In this document: positions 24,312 through 34,981 of the stretch, piece by piece
Layout: each line of letters begins with the position of its first letter
How positions within the stretch are numbered: position 1 is the first letter of the stretch
Origin: Diplonema japonicum
Lineage: Eukaryota > Protista > Euglenozoa: Diplonemea
Direction of reading: 5' to 3'
Assembly: GCA_964019335.1 (NCBI GenBank)
Contig: OZ025740.1
Location: 62,001 to 126,000, forward strand
DNA: 64,000 bases
Program-made: the position numbers and the translations under genes
The notes under the pieces: generated by a model
Databases searched by the model: none
What the model was told of the DNA's origin: nothing
The model's input: the letters and a program-made list of their open reading frames with translations, nothing else

Positions 24312-24950
24312 TTAGAAAGGGTCCTGAGTGGATTTCGCGGAGGAGCCACCATGCCAGCCCATCATGCACAGCACACCCATCACGATCTCGGCAATGAAGT
24401 TGATGATGAAGAAGGCAAAACCGTAGCTGAGGTTGCTGCTGTTCTTAAGCTTGCCACCGCAAAACTGTGTGTGTGTGTGTGTGTGTTTTTCTTTTTATTA
24501 TACTAACGTTTTATAGTATTCTTCTTTCTTTCTTTCCTTCCAACATACCTTTCTGTCAAACATCCCTGCAAGGACGCACCAAGTGATCATGAGGAAGAGT
24601 GCACACACGAAATGAACAGCAAACATGAAGTTCAGCAGTGGAGACAAGGGTCCCGCCACCTTGCCCTTCGCAGGAGGAATGGCCATCAGGATGTGGACAA
24701 TCATCGTGAGGGACATGATCAGAACAGCAAGGACACCAAAGGCCGCGGCTGCCTTCGCGTGGTCGGCCACGTCGTCGCAGCGGGAGTCCACCAGCCCGTC
24801 CCCACCACACTCGGAGTTGAAGAGCCCAGCGTCACACCAACCTCTGTCGGCATCCAGGATCGCATCCTTCGCTGCAAGAGCTACAACTTGGAAGATCCAC
24901 ACGATCAGCGCAACAACCGCAAGAGCAATGGCCTTACCGTCGACGTTCAT
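24312..24950 (-). CDS. Amastin-like protein, copy 4 (exons 24950-24549, 24464-24312; 84-nt intron)
   Basis: Identical to copy 2, including the intron. Confidence 0.88.
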
Positions 24951-25268
24951 CTTTGTTTTTTTCTTTCTTTTTTTTCCTTTGGTTTTTTTCTTTCTTCTTT
25001 TAGCAACAAATAAAAAAAATCTTCTTTTTAAACTCGAAAAGAGGGAGAGAGAGAGGGATTGGTCTCGGAAGAGCCACCTTTTCTGTTTAAAAAAAAGGAT
25101 TTCAAGATTTGCATAAAAAAAAGTAAATACGCCCCCCTTGCGTCGCAGGGAGGCGAGGGAAGCTTTTTGGTTTTTTGTAACGAGAGGTAGGGTTGTGATA
25201 TGAAAGAAAAAGGCATGTTTTAGGGCAAACAGAACTCGGCCAACGAAAAAGCCAACGAGTCGGAACAC

Positions 25269-25306
25269 CAATAAAGTACAGAAACTGTGTAGCTTGAATC
25301 GTTGGT
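25269..25306 (-). ncRNA. Genomic copy of the spliced-leader (mini-exon) sequence; retrocopy or orphan SL gene
   Basis: Minus strand ACCAACGATTCAAGCTACACAGTTTCTGTACTTTATTG: conserved euglenozoan 3' half CAGTTTCTGTACTTTATTG and diplonemid-like 5' half; 38 of the usual 39 nt. Confidence 0.9.
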
Positions 25307-25454
25307 AAAAAAAGAAAAGCAGAAAGAAAATGTAACATGTTGGCCCAAAATAGAGGAATCGGTTATTTTCTTTGGGTTACTTCGGGCCGGACCACTTTAT
25401 CCTTTACTTATTCTGTTTTGATCACTTTATCCTATGGGTGGGGGAAATGTTGCT

Positions 25455-28119
25455 TTATTCTCTGCCGTTCTGTGTCGCGTCACACCGTCGCTGAGAGCCT
25501 TGTTCGGGATTAGCTTTACCTTCCGTGATGAGGACCTGCAACGCTTCGGTATGTCCTTTTTCAGTTGCCACGTCACACGGGGTAACACCGTTGTTGTTAG
25601 CCTTGTTCACATCTGCTCCTCCTTCAGTGATGAGGATACGCAATGCGTCGGTGTGTCCCTTCTGAGATGCAATGTAACACGGGGTAACACCGTTGTTGTT
25701 GGCCTTGTTCACATCTGCTCCTCCTTCAGTGATGAGGATACGTAATGCGTCGGTGTGTCCCTTCTGAGATGCAATGTAACACGGGGTAACACCGTTGTTT
25801 TTGGCCTTGTTCACATCTGCTCCTCCTTCAGTGATGAGGAAACGCAATACGTTGGTGTGTCCGCCTTGAGCCGCCATGAAACACGGGGTAATGCCATCTG
25901 TTGTTTTGGCCTTGTTCACATCAGCCTTTCCTTTCGTGATGAGGATGCGTACCGTGTCGGCTTGTCCGAACGAAGCCGCCATGCAACACGGGGTAGTACC
26001 ATTCTTGTTGGCCTTGTTCACATCTGCTTTTCCTTCAGTGATGAGGATGCCCAATGCATCGGGGTGTCCACATTCAGCCGCCAGGTAACACGGGGTCCTT
26101 TCCAAGTCGTTGTCGGCCTTGTTCACATCGACTTCTCCTTCAGTGATGAGGACACGCAATGCTTCGGCATATCCATTGCGAGCCGCTTTCAAACACGGGG
26201 TAAGACCTTCCTTGTCGGCCTTGTTCGCATCTGCTTTTCCTTCAGTGATGAGGATCCGCAAAGCGTCCACACAGTCGTATTCAGCGGCGACAGAGCACGC
26301 AGTGCTGCCAAACGCATCCACCGTATCCACCGCCAGCCTCCCAGAGAGGAGGACATCCTTCAGGAGGTCAGCACGATTCCTTGCCGCCGCCGCATGAAGT
26401 GCTGTCCACCCTTCCCGAGGTCCCTCTTCCTTGTGCACTCCCCAGAACCTATCGCCAAGTGCTTTCACCACCTTGTCGAACACAGCCCGCTTGCAAGCAC
26501 ACGCGAGAAGCCCGACACCTGCTGTCTGCAGCTCGTCTCCTACGCTCCTGAGGTCAGCTCCCTTGCTCAGCAGCACCGCCGCGCTGTTGTCGTGGCTGCC
26601 GTTCTTGTTCACCCGCAACACCGCCGCGAGCGAAGCATTGAGGGCCTCAGAGTGACCTGCGGGTCCCAGGTTGGCACAGCACAGCGACACCACCTGTTCG
26701 TTGTGCTCCAACTCTGCAGCCACCTCCAGCAGTGTCTTCCCGCCCACAACTGGCATTTCCGTGCTGGGCGGGTAGTGTGCCCACTTTCCCTCGCGTGTTA
26801 CTGGATGGGCTTCAAAACGTTGTATAGCTAACACAACCTTCGACTCGATCGTATCGAGGAGCCGTGCGTTGCGAACCTGCTCCACCTGTGTCATGACGTC
26901 GGCAAGCCTGCCCCAGTGATCGAAGTCCATTTCCTGAAGCTCCACCACCACCACGCGACGCAGGCTTGTGTCCAGCGCCACCTCCAGCAGACGCATCACA
27001 CCAACATCAGGGCGCCCCACCACCCGGAACTGTGTGTTCGCTGCGATCAGAACCTCCTGTTCCTCGGGGAAGCGGCTGAATTTCGCGATGCTCCGACCCG
27101 TCTGCACCGGAAGAACGAGGATCGTCCCCTGCACCTCTTCGTCTCCACCAACACCATCACCCTCCCCAAGGAAGTCCTTCACCACCCCCGGATCCTCGCT
27201 TGCACTCGTGGGGTGAGGCATCGTCACCACCGCCCCCACAGAGTACAGCGACTCACTCACCCGGAAGTCCATTGCACGGAACACGGTCCCCTCGTACTTC
27301 GGCTGCGACACCATTGCTCGGTGCAGGGAATAGGCGAAGTCCTTCATCGGCTCGTAGCGCTGTCGCTCCACAGAACGCCACCTCACGCATCGCCGCGTTC
27401 ACCTCATAGCACAAGGGGCTCTCCAGCGTGTACAGCCGAAGGTACGGCTCCGACTTCCCCTCCACCTGCTGCACCGCCCACTCCGCAGTCATCTTCTGGA
27501 ACACCCCACCAGCAGCCCGCTGAGCCGCCTCCAGCTTCCCGCACTTCGAGAGGTGCCGCTCCTTGCTCCCAGCGTTCAGCGCAGTCCCACACGCAGCACA
27601 CGTCACATATTTCTCGCACTCCGCCCCCATCGCAGCCTCCACCGTCGCCAGCATCGGCCTCGCACACGACGCACCACCCTCGAAGAACTCGCTCCACCCT
27701 CGGTCCACGTCGATCTCGCCGAGCCCGTCGCTGTACCGGCTCACCCCTCCCTTCTTGCTCGCCGGCACCACCTTGAACGCCTTCACAGCCTTCTGCAGCT
27801 CTTTCCGCCCCTCCGACACCAGCGATAACACGCAGTCCCCCACACCGCGCTCCTCGCTCCGCTTCAGGAGCTTCTGCATCACAGCAATCACGCTGTGGCA
27901 CAGGGCGTCGTGCCACCTCCCCAGCGCCGCCTCCAGCTCCCTTCGTCTTGTCTCCACGGGCGTGCCGGCGGCGGTGGTGGTGGTGGTGCTGCTGGTGGTA
28001 GTAGCGCTGCTCTCCAACTGTCCACGCAGCTGCTCCACCGCTTCCCACGCTGTCCTCACAGCTCCCTCTCCTGCTGGAGCCTTCGCAGCCTGCACACCAG
28101 ATCCCGCTGTCGTTGTCAT
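25455..28119 (-). pseudogene. C2HC Zn-finger + ADP-ribosyltransferase + ankyrin-repeat gene with +1 frameshifts (pseudogene or assembly error)
   Basis: LYTLESPLCYEVNAAMR (ORF 27253-28119) continues, after one extra G near 27380, into TVFRAM / PTSAS / SRFPEEQEVL (R-S-E ART) and about 9 or more ankyrin repeats. A second extra base near 25505 breaks the last repeat. Confidence 0.85.
25540..25860 (-). repeat. Near-identical 102-bp (34-aa) ankyrin tandem units
   Basis: ITEGGADVNKA.NNGVTPC occurs three times with near-identical DNA. Confidence 0.9.
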
Positions 28120-28199
28120 GGTTTTGTTCTTTTTCTCTCTTTTTTTTCGTGTGATTCTGTATGGGTGACGCTTGAAATATAAAAAGGGAAAAAAAACGC

Positions 28200-29560
28200 G
28201 ATAAAATCTCAGTGTGCATGGGGGTGCTCAGTGTTCAGGAAGAAATTCACTAATCGGGCACCGTTCTGCGGTTGCTGTCTGGTGCCTGCGGTGGCTGTTT
28301 GTCGCGATGAGATGGACGGCATCTGGGCAAGAAACATCACGGGGCGGTTTGGCTCGAGGAGAAGAGTGTGCACTCCCGCTGCAGACCAGAAGACACAGCC
28401 AGCTCTTTGTTGTTTTTTCCCATCTCTGAGGGAGTCAGCCGCCTTCCGAGCATGACCCACACACCGCTTCGCAGCATTGAACGAGGAGTGAACATGGTCC
28501 CCAACAACGACACCCACAACACCACCGTGTTTCCTGACTGAGAGCAGGACGGCTGTCATGAAACTGTTGTAAGTGTGACTCACAAAGATGGAAGGGCTGT
28601 CCTCCAATGCCTTCTGCGACCCAAGCATGTTTGTCACAGTACTTGTCACCAGTAATTATCAGGTATTATGGTCCGCAACACGTATTGAGCATTGGTGAAC
28701 AAGATATCCCGTCGTAACTAGCGACCCAAGTTGTTGGCAACACCTCCCAAAGCAAGCTGCGGAAGCATGCACTTAGCTCTCTTGAAGCTCCTGCCAGTGT
28801 GCGAGTTTGAGCTCATTTTATTTTGGCACGTTGGCGAGCACGATGTGGAAGGTCAGCCTTCCCCGCCAACGCCAAATCAAGGGTGCATACCCTTCGACAT
28901 CTTGGGGGCACACGACGGCACACGGCCACGACAGGAAGACGTTCGCGATCATGGGTCAGGTGGCTGTGACGGCGTCGCTGCTGGAGAGGTTCGGTCGGCA
29001 CGAGGGGCACAAGGTGACCTGTGATCGCTCTGTTCAGAGGGAGCTGGCGTTTTTGTAAAACCACGAGCACAATTATTACTGACGAATACAAATAAAGTGT
29101 AACTGGTCCCCCTACCCCACCCTTCACCCATGACCCTTGACCCCTTCGCGAAAGCGTTGGAGAGCCTGGGGACGCATGTCCTGGACCTCCTTGTGGTTCC
29201 TCAGCGTAGTGTTCACGATGCAGCCTGCCGAGTCCTTGGAACACATCGGGTAGGCACAGACACCGCATAAGAACACCCCGCCGTGTTCCTTGAGAGAGGT
29301 GAGGAGCTGTGGACTGAGAGGTGTTGTGGTAACTGCAAGCTCCACGACTCACAGAACGCGTAAAAGGAAGCAACCTGTGCCAGGTGTGGGAGCCAGCACT
29401 TTGGAACCTTGCCTCAGGCACTTCTTCCGGATCGTCTGAAGAGTGTTCACAAGTGCTTCCCTGAGCTTCGTGACACCCGGCACAGACTTGCAGGGCGTTG
29501 AAGGTGCCGGCACGGAACGTACAGAAAGAATACAACGCCGACAATCTGCTTCACATCATC
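28200..29560. pseudogene. Mosaic of gene fragments, including cyclase-like pieces on both strands
   Basis: Minus 28410-28650 RKHGGVVGVVVGDHVHSSFNAAKRC and plus 28920-29055 KTFAIMGQVAVTASLLERFGR both resemble the degenerate cyclase domain of 40633-43222. Confidence 0.6.
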
Positions 29561-29984
29561 AGCGATCGCCTCCCCTGCCAGCCTCTGTTGCTTCAGGAAC
29601 TGTACCATGTAATCTACACTGCCGTCCACCACTGTGGTCAGGTACTCCTGGGTCCTGTTCTGTACGCTTTCCTCGCCCACTGCGAAGGCTGCGTTGACAG
29701 ACGTGTCTCTTGACTGCTTCGTGTCGTCCAGCGCAGTGTCGCTGCTCGTGATGGCAAGGAACGTGCAGATGAACGCGGTAACCACAATACACATCAACAC
29801 CAGTACAATGTTCAACACTTTGATGCTCGCCATTTTCTTTTTTTCTTTTTTTTTTTTGTGTACACAAAACAAAACTCGAAGTTTTTGTATTTTTATTCAA
29901 TATTAGAGAAGCGAGGAACCAGAGCCTTCGCTAAGAGGGGGTATGCCATTGCATATTAATCTCGCTGCCTCACGGATAAAAAAA
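29556..29984 (-). pseudogene. Truncated duplicate of the 5' end and upstream region of the 40633-43222 gene (continues 31596-31910)
   Basis: MASIKVLN...AGEAIA identical at DNA level to 42950-43222; upstream flanks match 43260-43910. Confidence 0.9.
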
Positions 29985-31595
29985 TATATATGAGTTAAAG
30001 GAAGTCTTTGTGAGACGCCCCCTTGTTCTCATCTTCTACCTGCACCTATCCCCTTTCAGCAGCGGTTTCTCCTCCTTTGGTGGTCTTGCCGGCCTTCTCC
30101 CCAGCCTGGCCGCTCTTTCTCTTCGTTCTCTCGCCCATTGTCCTTTCAACGCCTCTAGGTCATGCTTGGTCTTCGGTGATGCAAATATCGCCCTCCTGTT
30201 CCATCCGATCACCGCCTTTGTCCTCCCGATGGATCGTAGTGTGTGCACCCTTGTGCTCGGCTCAGCTGGGAAGGCCCTCCTTCCTTTCACCTTCTTCAGT
30301 ACCCTCCCTAGCTCCCATGTGTGCCAGATCTTCTTCATCAGTCCATGCAATCTCCTCGCTTTCTGCTGTACTTCTGCGAGATCCCCCAGCTTCCCTCCAA
30401 GGGTCTTCCCGGTCACGTTCTCGAAATCCAGTGCCAGCTCCACCGTCGACACTGACGTGTTCCTGTTGCCTGCATACCAGCGCAGTTGCCGCATCCACCT
30501 CAGCACCTCCTTCGTGTACTCCCGTAGGACATCCCCTGCCGGTAGCTTGCCGAAGTCCTTGTCCGACGGTACTGGGTGTTCTTGACCTTGTGTGATCTCC
30601 AGCCACTGGTGTGTGTGGTACACCTCCTGCCTCTTCGCTTGTAGGGCTGCGTCCCGCTCCCCCACCACCGCCAGCAGGTACCTCTGCGTTCCTTCGAGCC
30701 TTTCCCTGACATCCTTCCCTGCTCCCCTTGGCAGGATGCCATGCAGCTTCGTACACGGTTCCAGCCCCCTGCGCGTCATGCCTTCGTGTTCTTCCCGCTG
30801 TTGCACTTCCTTGGCCTTTTCGCACTCCCACAGTGCGTGCTCCAGCATGTTGGGCAGCTGTTGCTCCTGACCGCAGATGTCGCAGTGTGCCGTCGTGGGT
30901 TTGGCCTGCTTAGCTTCTTGCTTCCTCGCCTCCGCAATCAGCCACTTTTCGGTGTCCTCTTCTTCTTCTTCTTGTTCATCTTCAGCCTCGTCTTCATCCT
31001 CGTCTTCTTCCTTCCGCCATCGGGATGTGCTCCACCGTGTCCGTGCGCCATCCCCGTGGGTTGATGTAGAACACTGCCCCCGAGATGATCCTTCGCACGT
31101 CCCTTGCTGCAATCGGGTCCGCCACCACCAGCTTCCTCCACAGCGCGTTGGTCTCCGCTGCTGCCGCAGCTTCCATGCCCCCCATGGTGCTCCGTTTGCT
31201 CATGATTTCCTGTGCTTCCGCCCGCCTGAGTCGGTCCCTGATGTAGTGCTTGTAGGGCTCCTTTTCCAGTGCGTGGGTGTCCTTCTGCTGTGCCCAGCTT
31301 AACTTGATCTGAGGCAGCCACCTTTCCATCATGATGCCCACCGGTCCCAGCGGTATCTTCTTCCCGCTGTACCGTTTGGCAATGGCGTCGCAGCGTGTCC
31401 ACAGCTTGTCGTCCTTCTTGCAGGCTCTGTATAGGAGCATAAGTGCTCTGTATGCGGCTGTCATCTGTAGGTGGCTCGTGTGTCCCGGCAGTGTCACGGA
31501 TAGTACTGTGCCTGGGTTCCTGGTGCAGTACTTCTGCCCCCAGAGCGCGTACGTGGTCTCCTTCACCAGCGTGGCCATTTGTCCCGTTTTCGGCG
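29985..31595 (-). mobile_element. 5'-truncated non-LTR retrotransposon, 1611 bp, 7-bp A/T-run target-site duplication
   Basis: CDICGQ...LEHALWEC CCHC knuckle typical of LINE ORF2 C-termini; absent from the paralogous site 43661-43680; one frameshift. Confidence 0.85.
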
Positions 31596-31854
31596 AAAAA
31601 AAGATGCGGACCGACCCGATACACAGCAAGAAGCAAGACACCTGATGGTGCCTCATAGCCCCTCACCGCGTTTGTCGGCACACCTCGAACAAGGTTAGCT
31701 TCTCTCTTTTTTTTTTTTTTTTTTTTTTTTTCTGAGGGACTAAGCGCACTCCCAGACTAATTTCAACATGTCATTCTGCTTTACAGCGATGACGAAAAAG
31801 TCTTTTTCTTTTTTAAAAAAAAGCACGAAAAAAATAAGAACTTAAAAAAAAAAA

Positions 31855-31940
31855 CTTGATCTATTATCGTCAAGGTGACATAAGTCAAACGGCGTTCATC
31901 ACGACCGCCACAGTCGGCACAAGAGTACCATAAAGTACAT
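31855..31940 (-). mobile_element. Short repeat family D (also 43861-43910, 48510-48580)
   Basis: aaggtgacat(a/g)agtc(a/g)aacggcg.tca.cacg is shared, next to A-runs. Confidence 0.65.
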
Positions 31941-32057
31941 GGGGTACATGGGGTGAATTAATGAGCCCCCGAGTGCGTGAAGTAAGTTCAGAAGACTGAA
32001 ATAAAATTCACTATGATAGGAACGAAGCGGTTAGCAACGGCCCGCCTATAGAATGAA

Positions 32058-32730
32058 GGGGGACAGCTCGCAGGAATCCCCCAGGGAATTCGGTGAGAAA
32101 AGGTCTTTTGCAAAGTGGGTGGGCGAGAACCTCCTGAAATCCTGTGGGGGGGAGTTTGACCTTGGAGACATGGCAGAAGCGTGCGTAGGTGCGCTTCCCC
32201 TTCTCGCAAGGGACAGTCTTCATTATCAGATTGACATCAAAGACAGAAGGGAATTGCGCAACGTGCGAATGCCACTTTCTTCATTGTCATTATTCGATTT
32301 TACAATTATATCGAGGAGGGCTTCCTCTTCACGCTCGACGGCGGCCTTGCACTCCAGGATGAACTTGAGCTTGTCCGAAGGACTTACGGGTGTTGTGCTG
32401 CGTTGTCGAGAAGGGCGTCGTTCAGGCACCCGTCCTCCACATCGTCAACGAGGCCCAAGAACTCGTCACAGTTCTCCTTCGTCACCGCCTGCTCCATGCC
32501 CCCAGGAACGAGCCCTGCCATCCCGGGCTTCTCCGGAACCATGAAATACATCCCTTCCTTGAAGGTGCCCTTTTTCATTTCCTTCACGGCCGCCTGCCAC
32601 TCCTTGTACCTAGCCGTGCATGTCCTTCTCATGATCCTTTCGACGGCCGAGGGACACGGAGCTTTTGGGGGTGTCTGCAATAATCCATATTTGTTTTTTT
32701 TCCCGAAAGAGAACGAAAAATCTGATATTA
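32058..32730 (-). pseudogene. Multiply deleted copy of the 22322-23650 gene
   Basis: Blocks identical or near-identical to 22744-23700, separated by many deletions. Confidence 0.9.
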
Positions 32731-32833
32731 AACATTCTTCCTTTTTTTTTTTCCCCCGCAACACAACGATAAACATAAATACAGCAACTCAAGGTTATGC
32801 ACAGAAACAAGGGCGTCCCTGGAAAAGGCCGCC

Positions 32834-34981
32834 TCATGCATCCAGTAGACTATCACGCAGAACGGGCTCCACTTGAACCAGCTCCAAGGAGGTCCCGTCA
32901 GGTGCCTCGTGAGAGCCTGCGGCGCAGATGTGCAGCCCGTCCAGCGACATGCTGCTGATCTGTACCGAGGAGGCATGGAAGCACAGCACCCCACAAGAGG
33001 CCGCCTTCGTGCAGAGAATGCTGCTCGATGCCACACCTGCTCCCACCACCGCCACGAACTTCTGCCTCTTCGCACCAACCGTCCCGTGCAGCACACTGCC
33101 CACAGATATCCCTATGTGCATTGGGATCTCTCCTCCATCCAACACCCCTTGCATCTTGACGAAAGCCAACGAGTTCTCCACGTGAGTAGTGCATGCCTTT
33201 AGTCCATTCCAGCACATCGCCACCCTGTTCCCTTGCAGAGACACAACCGTCCCATGAGTCCTCTCAGTGCACATCAGCACCTTCGACAGCTCGTAGTTCA
33301 TCACACCCTCCACTGTGTCAGGTGCGTAGTTTTCCAACACAAGTTCCAATGTTCCCACAGAGGCCGAAGGGCAGCGTTGCAAGGTACTCACAGCGGAGAG
33401 TGTGCTGTTGAGCCTCAACGAACTGCCTGAACCACTGGATTCTGCTCCTGGATCCGAATGGAGCTTCTTTCCCGCATTCCTCAGATATAACTGCTGTTCT
33501 ATGTGACGCTGTCTTCCTTGCAGTTCTAAAGAAAGAAGAAGCAGCAGTGGGACTGGTTCCGTCACGCCCTTCAGTTCTATAGAGCCCATCGGAACCACGC
33601 ACACATCAGAGAGGACGGGCCTTGCCTCCTCCATCACCACGGGGGTGACGGCCACAGCACCTCCGACACATGAGCTCTCGACCCGAGCCGCCTTGTTCAC
33701 AGTGCCCCCGAAGTAGTCGTACCTCCCTGTCAGAGTGTTCAGCTGCACCTCCACCTCGCCATAGTGGACACCCACACGCACACGAAGTCCATACCAGGGG
33801 CCTTCCTCTTCCCAGGAACATTGCTCCAGCGCCAGGAGGTCCTCGGGCCATACGCTGGATGCGAGCCTTTCTTGCACAGAGAGGCCGAACAGAACTGCAT
33901 CAGCCGCACTCTCAAAAGCCACCATGAAGGCGTCCCCGATGGTTTTCACCTCGTAGCCCTCGTGCTCCGCCATGCAGCTCCTCACCGCAATGTCGTGGGT
34001 TTCGAGCCCCACTTTCATCCCCTCGGGGCAGGCCTCCCATGCGGCCGTCGATCCTTGGATGTCGGTGAAGACAACGGCCGCCTTGCGTGAGATCAGCCCA
34101 GGAATCGGGATCTCTTGTGTCGCCTTTCTTCCGACTGTTGTATCATCATCATAGAACAAGGCAGTGGGGAGGTAGGGGCGGTACACGTGGAGGTTTGAAA
34201 GGATCTTGCTGAAGGCGTCGTGGAGGGGAGGGGGGAGGGAGGCGGTTGAGATGATGCCCTCTGCCTGTGCGAGGTCGAAGCGGGACAGGGAGCTGGCGAT
34301 CCGTTCCGTGGCGTCGATGACCGTCAACATCTTGGCGTGCTCCTTTTGAAGGCCGTACGCAAAGCCACGTGTGAAGTAGAAGTCCAGCAGGATGACCGCA
34401 GCCTGGTCAAAGACAGAACTCATCGAGTCGTAAAACGACGCCTTGCAAGGCAGCTTGTCACAGTCTAGAACTTCCCTGCGCTCCTCTTGTGATGGAAGCA
34501 GGAAGAAATCATAAATACCAAACCTGTTCCAGTCTTCTAAACCAAGTACAAAAAGCCACGCAACCAGAAGCACAATCATATTGACCGCAACACGGTGGTT
34601 TAGTTTGCAGACCAGACACAAATCGATCAAAAGAATGAAGTAAGGCCACATGCGGTGGGTGTGAAGGACGACCTGACTAAGGTCACCTAGTAGAGCAGAC
34701 ACGGCTATGGAGTACAGCATTATCTCCACCAAGATGTTTTTTATCCTCCTCTCTATCAATATCTGCACAAAAACCGCGAATGCCGCTGCCACCACGAGGA
34801 TTCTTCTTGCCACGAACATTATGTCCCACGAGGATGATGCAGCCACCGCTGGTACAGAGACGATCAATACTATCAAGGACGTTATCAGAATGAGCTTCTT
34901 GCTGAACCTTACCTGCTGGGAATCGCCTGCTCGGAGCACATAGTTGAAGATACAGCAGAGCGATTGTACCTTGAATGGCAT
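32834..34981 (-). CDS. Multi-TM class III adenylate cyclase with a second degenerate cyclase domain
   Basis: VFTDIQGST..WE, GYEVKTIGDAFMVAF, LRVRVGVH.G, YDYFGGTVNKAAR (metal Asps, ATP-specifying K/D, N/R); hydrophobic N-terminus; start set at MPFK. Confidence 0.92.
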   Translation of the reverse strand: MPFKVQSLCCIFNYVLRAGDSQQVRFSKKLILITSLIVLIVSVPAVAASSSWDIMFVARRILVVAAAFAVFVQILIERRIKNILVEIMLYSIAVSALLGDLSQVVLHTHRMWPYFILLIDLCLVCKLNHRVAVNMIVLLVAWLFVLGLEDWNRFGIYDFFLLPSQEERREVLDCDKLPCKASFYDSMSSVFDQAAVILLDFYFTRGFAYGLQKEHAKMLTVIDATERIASSLSRFDLAQAEGIISTASLPPPLHDAFSKILSNLHVYRPYLPTALFYDDDTTVGRKATQEIPIPGLISRKAAVVFTDIQGSTAAWEACPEGMKVGLETHDIAVRSCMAEHEGYEVKTIGDAFMVAFESAADAVLFGLSVQERLASSVWPEDLLALEQCSWEEEGPWYGLRVRVGVHYGEVEVQLNTLTGRYDYFGGTVNKAARVESSCVGGAVAVTPVVMEEARPVLSDVCVVPMGSIELKGVTEPVPLLLLLSLELQGRQRHIEQQLYLRNAGKKLHSDPGAESSGSGSSLRLNSTLSAVSTLQRCPSASVGTLELVLENYAPDTVEGVMNYELSKVLMCTERTHGTVVSLQGNRVAMCWNGLKACTTHVENSLAFVKMQGVLDGGEIPMHIGISVGSVLHGTVGAKRQKFVAVVGAGVASSSILCTKAASCGVLCFHASSVQISSMSLDGLHICAAGSHEAPDGTSLELVQVEPVLRDSLLDA

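Noticed and set aside
27253-27386. Non-canonical intron or alternative genetic code explaining split ORFs
   Set aside because: Small indels restore colinearity; the introns I could infer are GT-AG and long ORFs read with the standard code.
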